Of a stretch of DNA of 64,000 bases, positions 1 to 14,309 are shown one piece after another. The notes under the pieces are model-generated. The model was not told where the DNA came from. It made no database searches and saw only the letters and a program-made list of their open reading frames with translations. Source of the stretch: the human T2T-CHM13v2.0 reference genome, Homo sapiens; NCBI RefSeq assembly GCF_009914755.1, contig NC_060931.1; one strand, given 5' to 3'. Each line of letters begins with the position of its first letter. The first letter of the stretch is position 1. A program made the translations under genes and the position numbers.

Positions 1-258
1 CAGTCAGCCTGAACTATAATCAAGCTGGCACTTCTCCTTCAATCTGGTTTTTGTGTCGTCTTTCTCAAATGGCGCAAACTTGGGAGGGAGGACAGGAACA
101 TTATTTAATGACTTCCTAAAACATCAAAAGGGGGCTTAGATCTGATGCAATGAGAAATGGGCATGGCAGGAAAGAAGCATGATAAAAAGAGATAATAAAT
201 GCTTCTTGATTAAATGGTTGGCCTACATCCTAATTTCTACCCATAAAAAGGAGAAGAA

Positions 259-566
<308 letters not shown>

Positions 567-1867
567 AAAAAGGAGATGAGAGGGCTCCGTGGTTTCCACA
601 TGGTTGCTCTTATGTAGTTATTTTTACCCTCCAGTGTTTTTCACAGTGGCCCTCTCTGGCTTTATTTCTGTCATGAAGTTCCCTTTTCCTCTGAGAGATG
701 CTGCAAACATTTCAGAAACATTTCACTTGCTTCTTCCAGTCCAGAAGAGTGATTCTTCCATGACAGAACGGGCCAGCTGCTGATGTGAGCCCATCCCTCC
801 AGATCAGCATGACTAAGATATTCATCTTCATGGAGCAAGAATAACTACAGGAGATTTGAATGCTGCATTTGCTTTAAATAAAACTGCAGATGCAATTCCA
901 GGAGTAGGATAGAGACAGCAGAAAAACAGCACATTTCTTTTATAGTATCATAGTGTCTATTTTAATCAGCATATTACAGATGTTTTGAGACATTCTAGCA
1001 AAATTGACATGGTTGACAACGCTAGACAGAACTGCCTCACGGGGGAAAAGAGGAAAAGATTAAACCACAGGCGTGTGGCAAAGGAACCTGCTTTGTCAGA
1101 ACTATGCTTTGTCATCACCGCTGAGATCAGAGAGCTGTTTCTATGGCAGCAGGCAACATGTTCTGGCCAGGAGACAATCATGTAGGGATTTTTAATTTCA
1201 TTTGATGTCTAATTGCCTACTACTTCGGGAAAGAGACAAATAATTAAAAAAAAAAGTCTTCCTTAACTAGACAGACTAATACCCCCAAGGAAAAACTTGG
1301 GTTTTTATAGTATGCTTTTCAAGATTTGAATTTCATGTCTGTATAGTTGAAGGCATGGGACCTTCTCCAACAAGGCAGAATGAAACCAGTAAAAAGGAAA
1401 GGAAACTCAGATGAAATTTCCATCACTGCAGAGCAGTTCACACATCCTGTTAATTACTATTGCCATTCATAATTAAGGGAGGTTCCTCATGGATCTTACT
1501 AACCCTTCTATCAAACAGCACCTACTCTTGCAAACCATTGGAAGAGGTTGTGCTATTTATGACAGGTCCCTCCCATTTCAGATCCATGCTGTTCATTTCC
1601 CTGAGCAATTAACGGACATTACAAACACATATTCTCCAGAGAGATTCCTAGTTTGGGAACATCACTTTTCAGATGTTGCTACTGTTGTCACTGACCATTT
1701 ATTTCAATGTTTTCCATCTTCCCTTAAAGAGTAAGTGATTGAATGTCTCATGATTCTCTGCTTTTGCAACATAACACGCTTCCCTCCATTTGATCAAATA
1801 ATACTGGTGCTTCTAAGGATCCTTTAAGCTAATAGCCAACAGTAGCCTATTTTAATTGCTATGGAGA

Positions 1868-2224
1868 TGTCTTAGTTTGTTTGAAGCTGTTATAACAGAA
1901 AACCTGAGACTGGGTAACTTATAAGGACAGAAATTTATTGGCTCACAATTCTGGAGTCTGAGAAGTCCAGTATCAAGGTGCAGACATCTGGTGACGACCT
2001 TGTAGTTGCGTCATCCCATGGCAAAAGGCAGAAGGACAAGAGAGAGCAAGAGAGACACAGGGAAGGGGGCCAAACTCATCCTTTTATAATAACAACAATC
2101 CTACCTATAAGGGTGGAGCCCTCATGGCCTAATCATCTCTCAACAGTCCCACCTCTTCATACTGTTACAAAGGCAATTAAATTTCAACGCGAATTTTGGA
2201 GGGGACAAACATCCTAACCCTAGC
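1868..2224 (-). mobile_element. MaLR solo LTR (MST/MLT1A-like)
   Basis: tgtcttagtttgttt...gctgttataacagaaaacctgagactgggtaact...aaatttcaac...ttttggaggggacaaacat matches the MaLR LTR antisense pattern. Confidence 0.85.
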
Positions 2225-3215
2225 GAAAGAAAACAAATAATTTTCTGGTAACTGAGGTAAATATTCCAGCAATTTGATTGGGAGTTCATGTCATAATGAG
2301 CTATAATTTTTTCTTTTTAATTCAGATGTCCAGAACTCAACTTCTAAATCTCTGGACACTAGGCAGATGGCTCTTTCTTTTCTTTTCTTTTCTCTGCTCT
2401 TCTCTTTCTTTCTTTTTCACTCTCTTTCTTTTTTCTTTTGCAAGTTACAGAGGTGACACTGGTGTTAATACCTGGTTAAATACCACTCACGGACAGTCAC
2501 TCATTGCCCAGCTTTCCAATACTATGGCAGCCCTTAAGCTGCAATGAATTAACAATTTGTACACAAAGTGGGCAACAATTCTCAATATCACAAACCAAAC
2601 TGCAACCTTTTAGCCATTTAGCACTGAAAGTTGCTATCACTAACACTGAACCAATGGGATGCACCCTGACTTCAGCAGAAGAATAAAAGCATGGAGCTCT
2701 GGAAACCCCTCTGCTCTTACATCATGCCCACAGAAGCAACACCTGTGACACGCAGACCAAGAAATGACTTCTAGGTGACCAGGAGCCATGTGGTCACTCA
2801 ATTCCTTGAGTCATGGCTACCACAGGTCTGCATTTCTGTGGTCTTCCCCACAGTTCAAGGCCAGTGCAAAAGGACTTGCTGACTTGTATTTCTGGAGATT
2901 CTCTCCAGAAATTGGTAGAGATTCTCTCACCAAACAAAAGATTTCTGTGCTTCTATGAAGCACACAATATCAAAGCATCTTTTGAGAAGAAAGACAAGTC
3001 CACTCACAGAATAATATGCAGGAGGGCATCTCCAGGGACACCAATCACGGCTAGGATCTTAGGACAAATGTTTTCCTGAAGAGCATAATAATAGATGGGA
3101 CAAACGATGACATTCTGACTTGAAGTGGTCAGCACCACAGCCTGCCTGTGAAAGCAGCGTTGGCCTGACCACACACTGGCTGGGAAGGGAGAGGTCTTTT
3201 ATCTGGTATACATAT

Positions 3216-3218
<3 letters not shown>

Positions 3219-3256
<38 letters not shown>
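3219..3256 (+). repeat. (AC)19 microsatellite
   Basis: Direct reading. Confidence 0.98.
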
Positions 3257-3260
<4 letters not shown>

Positions 3261-4687
3261 TGAAAGTTGCTATCACTAAGTATATATATATTCACCCATG
3301 TGTGAACAATTATTGAGCACGTAAGCACTTAGAAAATACACACCATCCTCATTTTCAAGTTATAATGAAGGCCCATACTTAACATGATTGATTAAAATGG
3401 TTTGATATAATTTCAACATTTTAATACAACTGTGTGGATTTTTTTCTGGCTTATTTTACAGCATAAACATTTATTTGACCATCAGTGTATAGGCTTTTGA
3501 ATATGACACAAATAACAAGTCTAATAACATCATGCCACATAAATATTCTGGGGAAAAAAATCTGCTCAAAATTTGAAAAATCGAGTGTTTCAGGAATGAC
3601 TCTTCCCTACCCATAACTTCCAAAAATATCCCCTAGTCCTTCTGATATTGAGAGGCACTAACAGGATATATGTATACTTAACTAGTTTCACACACACACA
3701 CAAAAAATCACCGTATGTCCGCTCTGGTTAGGGCTTATCGTATGTATTTCCTTTCATTGCCATCTGATTCATTGCTTCATCTTTTCTTTAAGTAAAAGGA
3801 GTGCCCTCATCCCCGTAACTGTTCTTAGAAGATAACGTTAGTCATTGTATTCCTACAATATGCTTCTCATCTGGCAGTTAATTTCCCCAGAGGGTACTGC
3901 AGACGTTTTATTTTCAGATAATCTCCAATTAGCTTCCTCTCTTCGTTACCCTGACCAGCTCACTTTCATAATTTTCTCCTATACATCCTCCTCCTCTTAA
4001 CATATTTCTTACTTCACAGGGAAGAATATGATTTATATTGCTTTTCATTTACCTCACTTCTTTCCTGTTTACCTGCTTGCTACAGATTTTGCATTTTAAT
4101 ATCCAAAATCCAACATAAAATAAAGCTGCATGTTTCATCAAATGTTGCTCTTCCCATCTGAGCTCACTTTGCATTCAGTCCTTTTCTTCATGAGTTTGGC
4201 AGTATATTTTGAGGTATATATTATATGTACTCACAAACAGGCATGCTTAAGCCATACAAAAGTGGGAGCTCACCCAGGTGCTCTCATTTCAAAGGCACTT
4301 CTTTTCTCTCAGAAAGTTACATGTCTCCACTTTCGTGTCCACACACAAAATTCCTTTATCCAAGATAAAAACTTTTAATGTCAAAACTAGAGATATAGTT
4401 TAAAGCAGAACAGGTAAATAAATAACTTAAATTTTCACTAGTGGATGAAAGTTGGATTCTTTCTTGAGAACAGGTTTTGATGTCGGGGTGAGGGTGTCCA
4501 GTAGGCATTAAGTCTGTCCAGGTGCACCTCAGAGAAGGGAAATGAGTGTATGTAAAAAGGAGAAACTGAGGCCACTGAATACACTTCACTTGGTTTTCCA
4601 TTTTATGTACAACACAGTCATCTTCTAGTTATTTGGTAGCAAACCAAGAATTTACAAATTTAAGTACTTACAAATATTTTAGTTCCA

Positions 4688-4689
<2 letters not shown>

Positions 4690-4723
<34 letters not shown>
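4690..4723 (+). repeat. (GT)17 microsatellite
   Basis: Direct reading. Confidence 0.98.
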
Positions 4724-4725
<2 letters not shown>

Positions 4726-6904
4726 ATTTTTAATTTTCAAGTATTTGAATCTACAAAAGAATATCCTTTCAGAACATCTGTACCCAGTTAAGGAATCTGG
4801 GAAAGAAAACAGAAGTGGACTGAAATGTGTTGGTCTTATCTTTGTCTGGCCTCTATGAATATCTTGACTGTCATCAAAAATATCTCTTTAGTAGATATTA
4901 CTATAGAGATTCTGCTTTTCAGACACACACAAATCCTTGCAGACACTTGATGTCTGATGAGTGTCTCTTTTATGCATTTTGACTTCTGAGAAGGTCTCTA
5001 TCCCCAAACAGTGAGCACTACTTTGCTAAAAATAGTCTGTGTGTTCTGAATAAATGGAAACGTCTTACCAATATATGAATTGCTGATCTTTAAAGTAAAT
5101 AAATAGGCGAATAGATTCTTATCCACATTTCTTCTAGCCACAAATTTTAAGGAAATCCTGCAGTCCTTTACAAGGGGGGGAGTTTCTCAGCTAGATGGAA
5201 AGATATGACGACAATTTCCCCATTCACAAAACATTTCCTGTCTCCGTAAGTACCCACTGCCCAATTACTCATTTTACACTTATTCTGTGTGAATTTACAT
5301 TGTGACTTGGCATTTTTAGGCATCCGTGGTTCCTACTGATTTCCTCTGGTCCCCATTGGTTTCCTTTCTTAGGCTTTACTGAATCTCCCAAGGGCCAAAG
5401 TAGAAACCCAATTAATGCGTGCATAACCTAGATGGCTCATGCCCTTACTTTTACATTCTTTCCATTGCATGACACTGTCTTGGAGCTCTTTAAGGAAGCA
5501 TCTTTCAAAATCTTGTGTGTGAGAGAGAGAAAAGACTCACAGAAGGAAATGTAGAATGGGAAGAAACTATTCATGATGAATATCTCTTTAATATAGTAAG
5601 AGCATGTTGGTAGAAAAATAAAGACTGCTTGATAACTAAAGGTTAATAAAAACCACAACTGTTGGAAAGCAAAGACATAACTTCATTCCCCCACATACCC
5701 CAAAATAGCATACACAGAAAAGCAACTCTACATAGCCAGTTAAGAAGGATTAATTATGCCTCTACCATGAGCTCAACATTATGGTAGGTGCTTAGGGAAA
5801 AAAAGACTGTAAGTGTAGATGTATATATGTGTGTGTATAAAACGTGTAAAACAATATAAAAGAATAATATCTTATGTTAGATGGAGTGGAATAGGCTGAA
5901 AGCATTAGGAGAGAAATTAGTGTGAGCCGGATATTAGTATATTTTAGCTAATTTGCAAAAACTCATCTTTGACTAGTCATGCTAAAGTATTGCCTATAAT
6001 ATCACAAGCCATTTATCAATGTTTACATGTCTCATGATCATATATTCAAATGTTGATAATTATTCAATAATATAGACCATTGCAAGACTAAGTCACCCCC
6101 AATGAGAAATGTAATTCAAACCTGTAAACCTACTGAAAATGGACTGAAATAAAGAATGTGAATGCATTTTGTAGAAGGAAAAGTATTATTCATGAAGTAG
6201 ATATTAGAATCATTATTACTATTGTCATCTTTCTCATAAGATTACTTGAAGAAAAAAAAGTACAAAGTTAAAATACAAAATGATGTCAATTCTGTTTATT
6301 AAATAAAAGAGGCAGGTATTGTTTTCCCTGTATTCCAGATAAGGAACTGAAGCTATTCAATCTACAACTTAAGAAAAATCAATTGGGTAGCAACCACTGA
6401 CAGAGTAAATCATTTTGTTCTTCAATCATCTTGTATTTCTGACCAAACTGCACAGTTTATTTTGAGAACTCTGTGGTTTTAGTTTAGGATTTTAGGAGTC
6501 TAGAGAGACTTCTGACCTGCCCTGTGGAGATTAACGACATACTTAATTCTGTTTGTCTAACAGCAGGCAAAAGATCTGACTAGCAGAATGGCAGCAACCT
6601 TTTCCACTAAAACGAAGGTATGTTTATGGCATGCCACATACAGTGGAACAGTAGTCAAAATAGTCAAAACAGGTCTATTGGAAGTGGGGATTCCAACCTC
6701 CTCCACAGCAAAATACATTTCATTGATAACACCTCCTCCAAGAGCCACTTCACGAGTTCTTAGGTCAGAGTATGCTCCTCCCTTCTGTCTCTCTTCTCTA
6801 AGCTGCAATACCAGTCACACAGCCTTCAAGCTCTATGTTCCATTCTACAATAAATGTTTCAAATAAATTCCAACATGACTTAATGTTCTAAGCTTAAAAT
6901 GCCA

Positions 6905-7085
6905 TGTTATAGTAGCTAACATTTATTTAGTGCTATATGCCAGGCAGTGCAGTAAACACTTTACATGGATTATCTTATTTCATCAACTGTTTTGGGAGGT
7001 GGGACTATTATTACCCCATTTTCACACATTAAAAAAACAATGCCAAAGAAACTAAAAATCTTGCTGAAGGTCACCCAGCTAAGTC
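6905..7085 (-). mobile_element. MIR SINE
   Basis: agctaacatttatttagtgc...gccaggc...attattaccccattt...aaggtcacccagctaagt matches the MIR core. Confidence 0.8.
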
Positions 7086-9699
7086 ACTTACTGAATACTC
7101 ACTTACTGTATCCCTTTGGCCCAAGCTCTTTTATGTATATGAAATCTTTCAAACAAACTGAGAAGCAGAGTGTGTAATATAAAATACATCACCCAACTTT
7201 GACAAGTACACTTAAAGTAAAAGATACAGGTCATCCTTTACATAAAGATACATTTTAAAGTATAATGGGGTTTCTCAATCAAAAAGAAAAGGGCAATAGG
7301 AACCTGAGGACTGAAGTGAATCTACACCCCCATAAAGAAAGTCCTACTAAGAACAGTGCCAGGCATTGAGAAGGTGCTTAATAAAATTTCACTGAACATG
7401 TAACAATATTTTCCTTTCTAAATATATAAAAGAGGCCAGAGAAGATAATCTGAATAAAAACATGATGGTCCAATGAGGAGCAATTCAGCCATGTTCTGTA
7501 GTGAAAGAGTTACCCTTTCCCACCTGCCCTGACTCCCACCTTCCCTGGCTGCAGTAGGGTGGTCCTCTCATTTCAGCCCCCCATCTTAGCCTCCAGGAGC
7601 CAAGAGAAGGGGCCACTGCACAGGCTGAGTGCAGGGGAAAGCATCCTGCCTCCTGCCCAGGGAAACCTAGGCAGGATGTGAAATAGAGTTAAAGACAGTG
7701 GTTACCTCTGGAGAGAAGGGAGGGGGATATAGTTGAGGATGGGACTTGAGAGCTATTGGTGACTTTCTGCATCTTCAGCTTGGTAGAGAGGACGGTGATT
7801 CTCATTATGTCCCTCTTTATCTTTTTGCATATATGGAATAATGAAATATGTACATAATACAAAGATCAGAGGTAGCTGAGGGGAGAAAGGATAGTGAGTC
7901 AGGAAAGGAAGTAAATGAAAGCATAAGAAAGATGAAAAGTAAGAAGGAAGGGAAAGTGAAGGAGAAAGAGTCAGGTGGATTGGGTAGTAAGGGAAGACTG
8001 AGGCAAGAACACAGCCTTCAGCAAGGATCTCTTAACAAAAGTGGGGATGGGGGTGGAAATCACCTGATTCAGAGAGAAAAGGAAGAGGCACACATAAAAT
8101 GAGAAAATCATGAGTGAATGACGAGATAAAAATAAAAGGTAACTTCAAATATGACTATGTGCTTTGAGCTTACTTTAAAAGAGAACTTCAGCAGTGGGAA
8201 CAGAAAAGGTTTGACTGATGAGGTAAGTTCCAAAATACAAAACCAAGAAGCACCTCAGTCGTTGCATAAGTCTATATTCCAGCTAACAAAGATACATGTT
8301 AATACTTTAAGCTCTGAACTTTATTTTTGGTGGCAATCATGCTAAAACATATTACACTTCATGACCTTCTTAAACAGAATCTGACCTGTTCTCTACCACT
8401 CGGTGTCATCACCAAGAACCTGGGTGATAACACTCAGAGGCTATTGCTTGCTGTGGCAGGGCTAGGGCCCCCACCTCCCAGGCTAGAAACACCTAGCTAC
8501 AGGGAAGCCACATAATTGACATATGCTGACGTCAGAATGTTGAAATCCTTTTTCTGGAAGTTGATCTTAAAGTTTGGCCCCAATGAACATAGGGACAAAT
8601 CCCACATCTAAATCTGTTAATACCACTGTCATCCCCTCTTCTCCATGTGCTTCTCCCTCTCTTCCAAAAGGAAAGCACATATTCCAAATGTGCCCCAGGG
8701 CAGTTGTTCTGATGATCAATCACACTCACCTCTTTGAGCCCACCGACCTTGGATTATGCACTCACATGAAAGAAAAGAAACCATATCCCTTCACAGCCAG
8801 AAATCTTCAGGCCCCAATGTAGCCCAGTGCTGACTGACCAGTTAGAGCTTATCAGGTTTCCTACCAGGAGTGGGGCATCGAAGAGAGCTGGTGAGAAGGG
8901 AGTGAGCTAGAAACTGCCCCCTCAGTCCCACGTAGTCTTCCTGGTGAAATAACTGAGAAGGTAGCCATTCTGTTTAGTAAGAAAGATGAGGTGCTGGAAA
9001 AACTGCCTGTGCGGTGGCTTCCTGGAAGCTCTGGAGAAGGGAAGTCGGTCAGAGGTGTGGCTAGTGTCTCAAACTGATAATTACAGTGCATCAACTAATC
9101 ATTTGAATAAAGGGATGTGTTGCCCATCAGGCAAGAAAGCAAAGACATGTGGAAGCAGAAAGGGGCACTTTACACAAAATGTTAAAACACATCATTTTCA
9201 GACTTCGTAGTTTTTGTCAGTGGGGTTTACACTATTGCTCTTGATTTTTAAAACTGAATGTAGGTTAGTCCTATCTACACCTGGAGTGCAATGCTTCTCA
9301 AAGGTGCCTGAGTGAATAGTCATTTCAGTGAAATTGAATAATATATTCTATCATGAAAATATCAGGGGGGAAAGAATGTACTGGAAACTGACCTGTCTTT
9401 AAAACATGTATAATTATTAAATCCCAAATCTGCATGTTATTTTTGAGCAGCAATATGACTATAGCTCTGAGTCCAATGTCTAATAGAATATATATGAAAT
9501 ATACATTACATTAGTGTATTCATTTTGTTTCATCTGCAGCCTTTCTCAAGCAGGATTCCACTTACTTCCGAGAGAATTAAGCTCTGGAGAAAATTATTTG
9601 CATGATTATTTTCTCAATTCTCTCAAGGATGGTACAAAGCTAGTGCATAGATAAGAAGTTAATTCATTACATTCAATTAGTGCCTTAGGACATTAGAGT

Positions 9700-9842
9700 T
9701 CAGTAAAGTCTTCCCCCAACCCCTCGATTTCATGGAAATTTTTTGCAAGCATGTGCACATGAGCAATTTTCTGGGGTGAGATGTCATGGCTTTCATCAGA
9801 TTTTTTAAAAGATTATGACCCAAAAGGTTAAGAACCACTTTG
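9700..9842. mobile_element. hAT-Charlie MITE relic (MER103-like)
   Basis: ttttctgggg...ggctttcatcagattttttaaa...gacccaaaaggttaagaaccact resembles the MER103 terminus. Confidence 0.55.
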
Positions 9843-12800
9843 CTAGAATATTAGTAAGATTATAAGAAAATATGATGGTAATGGAAGAGAATAACTCAGA
9901 AGAAATGGAACATTAAAAGACAAAGTTTTATTTTCCCAACTTTTATTTCATAGATATTTCCAAATTCATTTTGATTATTTTCTCCCAATATACATGGAGA
10001 TTGACACCCCTGCACAATACTAAATCCCAAAGATTTATCTCCTATGACTCTGCAAAGTGGGAATCTGGCCCCAGAAGAGATGATACATGTGCAGTATTTT
10101 AAATCAGTGGGTTTTATATGTGGTGATTTGGGAAGGCTTTCAGGTTCAAAATCATAGTGTGTCCATTTTCCTCACAATCTATTATGAGTCTGTCAAGATA
10201 CAGAAATATATCCCAACAATTTTGCTGCCTCAAATAATTATCCCTGACTTTATAGTTCTTACATATATTTAAACATACTTTCATCCACCGAACAGATCCA
10301 AATTCAAGGTTATAAATTAAATTACAAAATAGCAACGACCTAAACACAAAAAAACTATCATATTGACCTGTGTGGCTCTAGAGATGATATTGGCAAACCA
10401 TGTGTTGTTATTATTATCATGACAGATTAACTGTTGACACTGTACATTGTCTAGGTGCGTCCTGAACAGAAATGGCTGGAGAGTTCATGGTTCACACATC
10501 AGACAGAAGTCCAATTACTAAGGAAAGCCTCAGAGACTTCCTCTCAAGAGGGCTCTGCTTTCTCTCATTGCCACTATTGCTCCTGGCTTTCTTTCGAGTC
10601 TACAGCAACTGGCCTAAACTGCTGTTTTATTTATGAGAAAGGAATTTTTTTAATGTATATCATACAAAGATGACACTAATGCATTCATCATTTTTAAAAA
10701 GAGATTCAGATTTTCAAGAGAGTACAGTGAATGACTCCAGGCATGCCTGAAGCAGGTCTGATTATGTCTGTGTGACTAAGAAAATAGCTACATCTCTGTC
10801 ATCAGAACTACACATGAAGCAGAATGTGGTTATGTGTCTAATTTTATGTTCATTTTATGAGGTGCAGCTACACAACTCTTTCACATATTATAGTCTCTTA
10901 TAAATGTATATGCACCCCTCTCCCCTAAAACTCTAGATGTTACATGGGGACAATAAAACATACCTTCTTCATTACTGTGCTCTAGGCACAAGGCTTAAAC
11001 AGAGTGAGCACTTGATACTTCCCCTTTATTTTAATTGTCCAAAATAACTGGTTAACCAAATGCCTTTATAGTTCATAAAGCATTCAAATGCCTAATGCCC
11101 ATAGGGAAATCCATTTTACTCTGACCAGATGAAGTCTGCACCATTTTTCTTTCTCTGAGCAGAAGCCTCATTCAGGGTAAGGCTGAAGCCCACCCCCCTT
11201 ATAAAACAAGAAGGTCTAAGATGGGGGTGAAAAACCAGCTACATTGATCAGAGAAGGCCCTGACTTCTTTTCCCCATCAGCAGATTAAGACCACCTGTCA
11301 TTTGGCCTGAACAAAGGGCACACAAGCACATTTTATTAAGCAAGCAAAACATGTAATTATCTCCACAACACAAAATAAATACTTTGGTATTATCTGTTGT
11401 TTTTCAAATATCTGTAAAACCAGACTTCAAAAGCCATAAATATTGATGGAAGTGGGTCGGCAACAATGTGTAAAACACTGTGGGATGTTCAGATGATACA
11501 TGCATCCTGCTTACAGCTGGCAGTTTACTATTCCTTGAACAACGCTTTCATCATCTTAGTTATTGAATCAAAGTCTGTTATTGCTCCCCATTGTGCAGTG
11601 GGGTACCAACTTTTGACTAAGGAAGTTTATTACAATTTGATCCACTTTATTCATCCAATCTACTTCTCCATATTCCAACACCGAAGCTCTGCTCTACTCA
11701 AGCCAGAGTTACTTACTGTTTCACGAACATGCCTTTCCTCTAGAATGCCCACTCTCTAGGCTCCTCACTCCAAATCCTAGGGCACCTGAAGGCCCATCTC
11801 CATTCCTTTTTCTTCTAGGAAGGCTTCTTTACCCTTGCCACCTCCAGGGATTACTCCCTTCCCCAAAGACCCAGGGCATGCATAGTCTCTTCTCCAAAAC
11901 CTAGGGCTTAATTAAGGAACAATACAGGCAGATCGAATTATTTCTGGTGTGCTAGTCCTCGCTCAACTCCATGAGTTCCTAGAAAGCGAACACTCCCTGT
12001 GCCTCCGACAAGGCTGTTAAAGTAAGTTACTTTACAAGTGTGCCTGGCACATTACAGGTGTTTCATAAATATTTATTGAATTTAGTTATTGTTCGGCCCA
12101 ATATTTCAACTTAAAGTCAAGTTTTTTGAGACATTGATTTGTTCTTCAGTACAATTTGTTCTCTCCAATGGCTGGAGAGACACTTTTATGAAGATTAACA
12201 ATTACAAGTACCACCAATTTTACCTTGAAGAAAAAGAATTTATTTATGATTTTACCATGCTCACTTCACTAAAAATAGCTAAACTCTACCATATTCTCTG
12301 CTTATATATAAATACTTCAAAAAAGAGATCAGAACCTTGAAATCCTTTACTCAAAAGCAAGAGATAACCATTCATACAAAAATCTTGCCAATTCTTTGTC
12401 TAGAAATTATTGGCTGGCAAACGAAAGTGATTGTTTTAAAAGTAAACAGCAAATCCAAGAAACTCCACCAAATACAGTTATTTCAATCTTGCTCTTGATT
12501 CATTGTCCTTAACTATTTTACTACCATATCTTATTTTATTTGAGTGATTAATCATCAATCAAATTTCAAGGCTCCCCTGTGGCCTCATAACCTGCCAATT
12601 AGGAAAATGAAATATCTCCGTTGCCAGAGCTTAGATCCATGACCTTCTAAAGTATGTATAATAAAAAGGGGTCATGGGTCATTAATGACAAATGGGCTTT
12701 GTGATGGATGACTAAAACCAGAGAAAGGACAAGATAAAGCAAAAGGAGAAACGTTTTAGAACTTCATAAAAATAGAAAGGATATAAAAATCTAGAAATAT

Positions 12801-13836
12801 CTTCAATGACATTAGTCACAACACCATGCTATTTATTATATTATACATATAAAAACCATTCATAGGTTTTCTACACACTGTTGAGAAAAGAAAAAGTGGC
12901 CTTTATTTTTCGCTAAAAATAAAAAACAGCTAGCTTGGTGAAAAAAATTAATTACATAGCCTGTATCAGTTGTGCCTACATATATTAGTGAAAGTATACA
13001 GGTGTTGGCATTTTTGCCCTGTTTTTTCTTCCATGATACGTATTTTAACATTCTAATGAAGAGGAAAAGCATGGAGACCAACCTGCTGCCCCAAGGAGTA
13101 GAGAGCGAGGGCTCTGCACAAGTGACCTTTCAGCTTGTGAGAAGACTATATGTTCCTGTGAATAAACTCACAGAGGCTGCAAACCAAACAACGCTGAGAT
13201 CCTTGGACAAAAGGAAGGCAGAGGAGGAGAAAGGGCAAGAGAAACTGACAGGCCTAACAGAGAAGGGTCCCTTCTGTGGGCAAATCTGTAATACACAAAA
13301 AATAAAAGCTTTTACAGAAATTGTCCTTGGTATCAATGTAACTAGCTTTATGAAGTTCAATAAGTATGTTTAATAAAAGATGGGGCTCCATTTCTTTCAG
13401 ATTTTGAAATTTTTCATACTTTTTCTTTTTCTCCCATCTTACTTCGTTTGCACTTATTTTCAGTTCCTGTTTGGTTGGCAGAAGAGTGGAGACATTAATT
13501 GATTGGAGGGCAAAATCCACAATACTTGGTAAAGACAAGAAAAAAAGTTTTTGGAATTTTGACATGCCATTGTGACCTAAAATTTTCTTTTCTTCTTTTT
13601 TTTTTTAAAGGCTTCCAAGGATTGTCAAGGGTCCCATTTCTCCAGACCATAAAGAGGAAACTCAGTAATCCCGCACAAGCACTGTTTTGTTCAGAGGGCA
13701 TGGTGAAATATACATTATGTTCTATATATGTCCTTAATTGACAACATTTAATTTTTAAAAATTTAAATTGCAAAACAATACCAACAGTCAATGTGAAGGA
13801 ATCTCCTCTTTAAACTGGATTTTAAACTGGGTGTTT

Positions 13837-14136
13837 CTTTTTTTTTCTTTTTGTGAGACAGAGTCTCACTCTATCACCCAGGCTGGAGTGCAATGGCACG
13901 ATCTTGGCTCACTGCAACCTCTGCCTCCTGAGTTCAAGTGATTCTCCTGCCTCAGCCTCCTGAGTAGCTGGGATTACAGATGCCCGCCACCACGCCTGGC
14001 TAATTTTTGTTTTATTAGTAGAGACATGGCTTTACAATATTGGCCAGGCTGGTTTCAAACTCCTGACCTCAGGTAATCCACCCATCTTTGCCTCCCAAAC
14101 TGTTGGGATTACAGGCATGAGCCATTGCGCCCAGCC
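13837..14136 (-). mobile_element. AluS
   Basis: Poly-T then gagacagagtctcact...gcgcccagcc; TSD g(g/a)tgtttctttt on both sides. Confidence 0.95.
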
Positions 14137-14309
14137 CGGATGTTTCTTTTAAAAATACACACTCCCCACACAAAACAAAGACTGGAATTCATTTTTACTT
14201 TGCCAATTGCAAATTATTAAATTGCAAACAATCCAAGATAAGTGTTTCAGGGTGCCCATGATGTTTCCTCACATAGGTAAGTTCCCCCAGTGACATGTAC
14301 GGTGACTTT

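Noticed and set aside
3129-3149. TCAGCACC half-site resembling RE1
   Set aside because: The right half (AGCCTG versus GGACAG) is too divergent.
7848-10671. Near-identical 19-mer atgta(c/t)at(a/c)atacaaagat at ~7848 and ~10653 (both give MYIIQR)
   Set aside because: AT-rich with two mismatches and no extension; compatible with chance.
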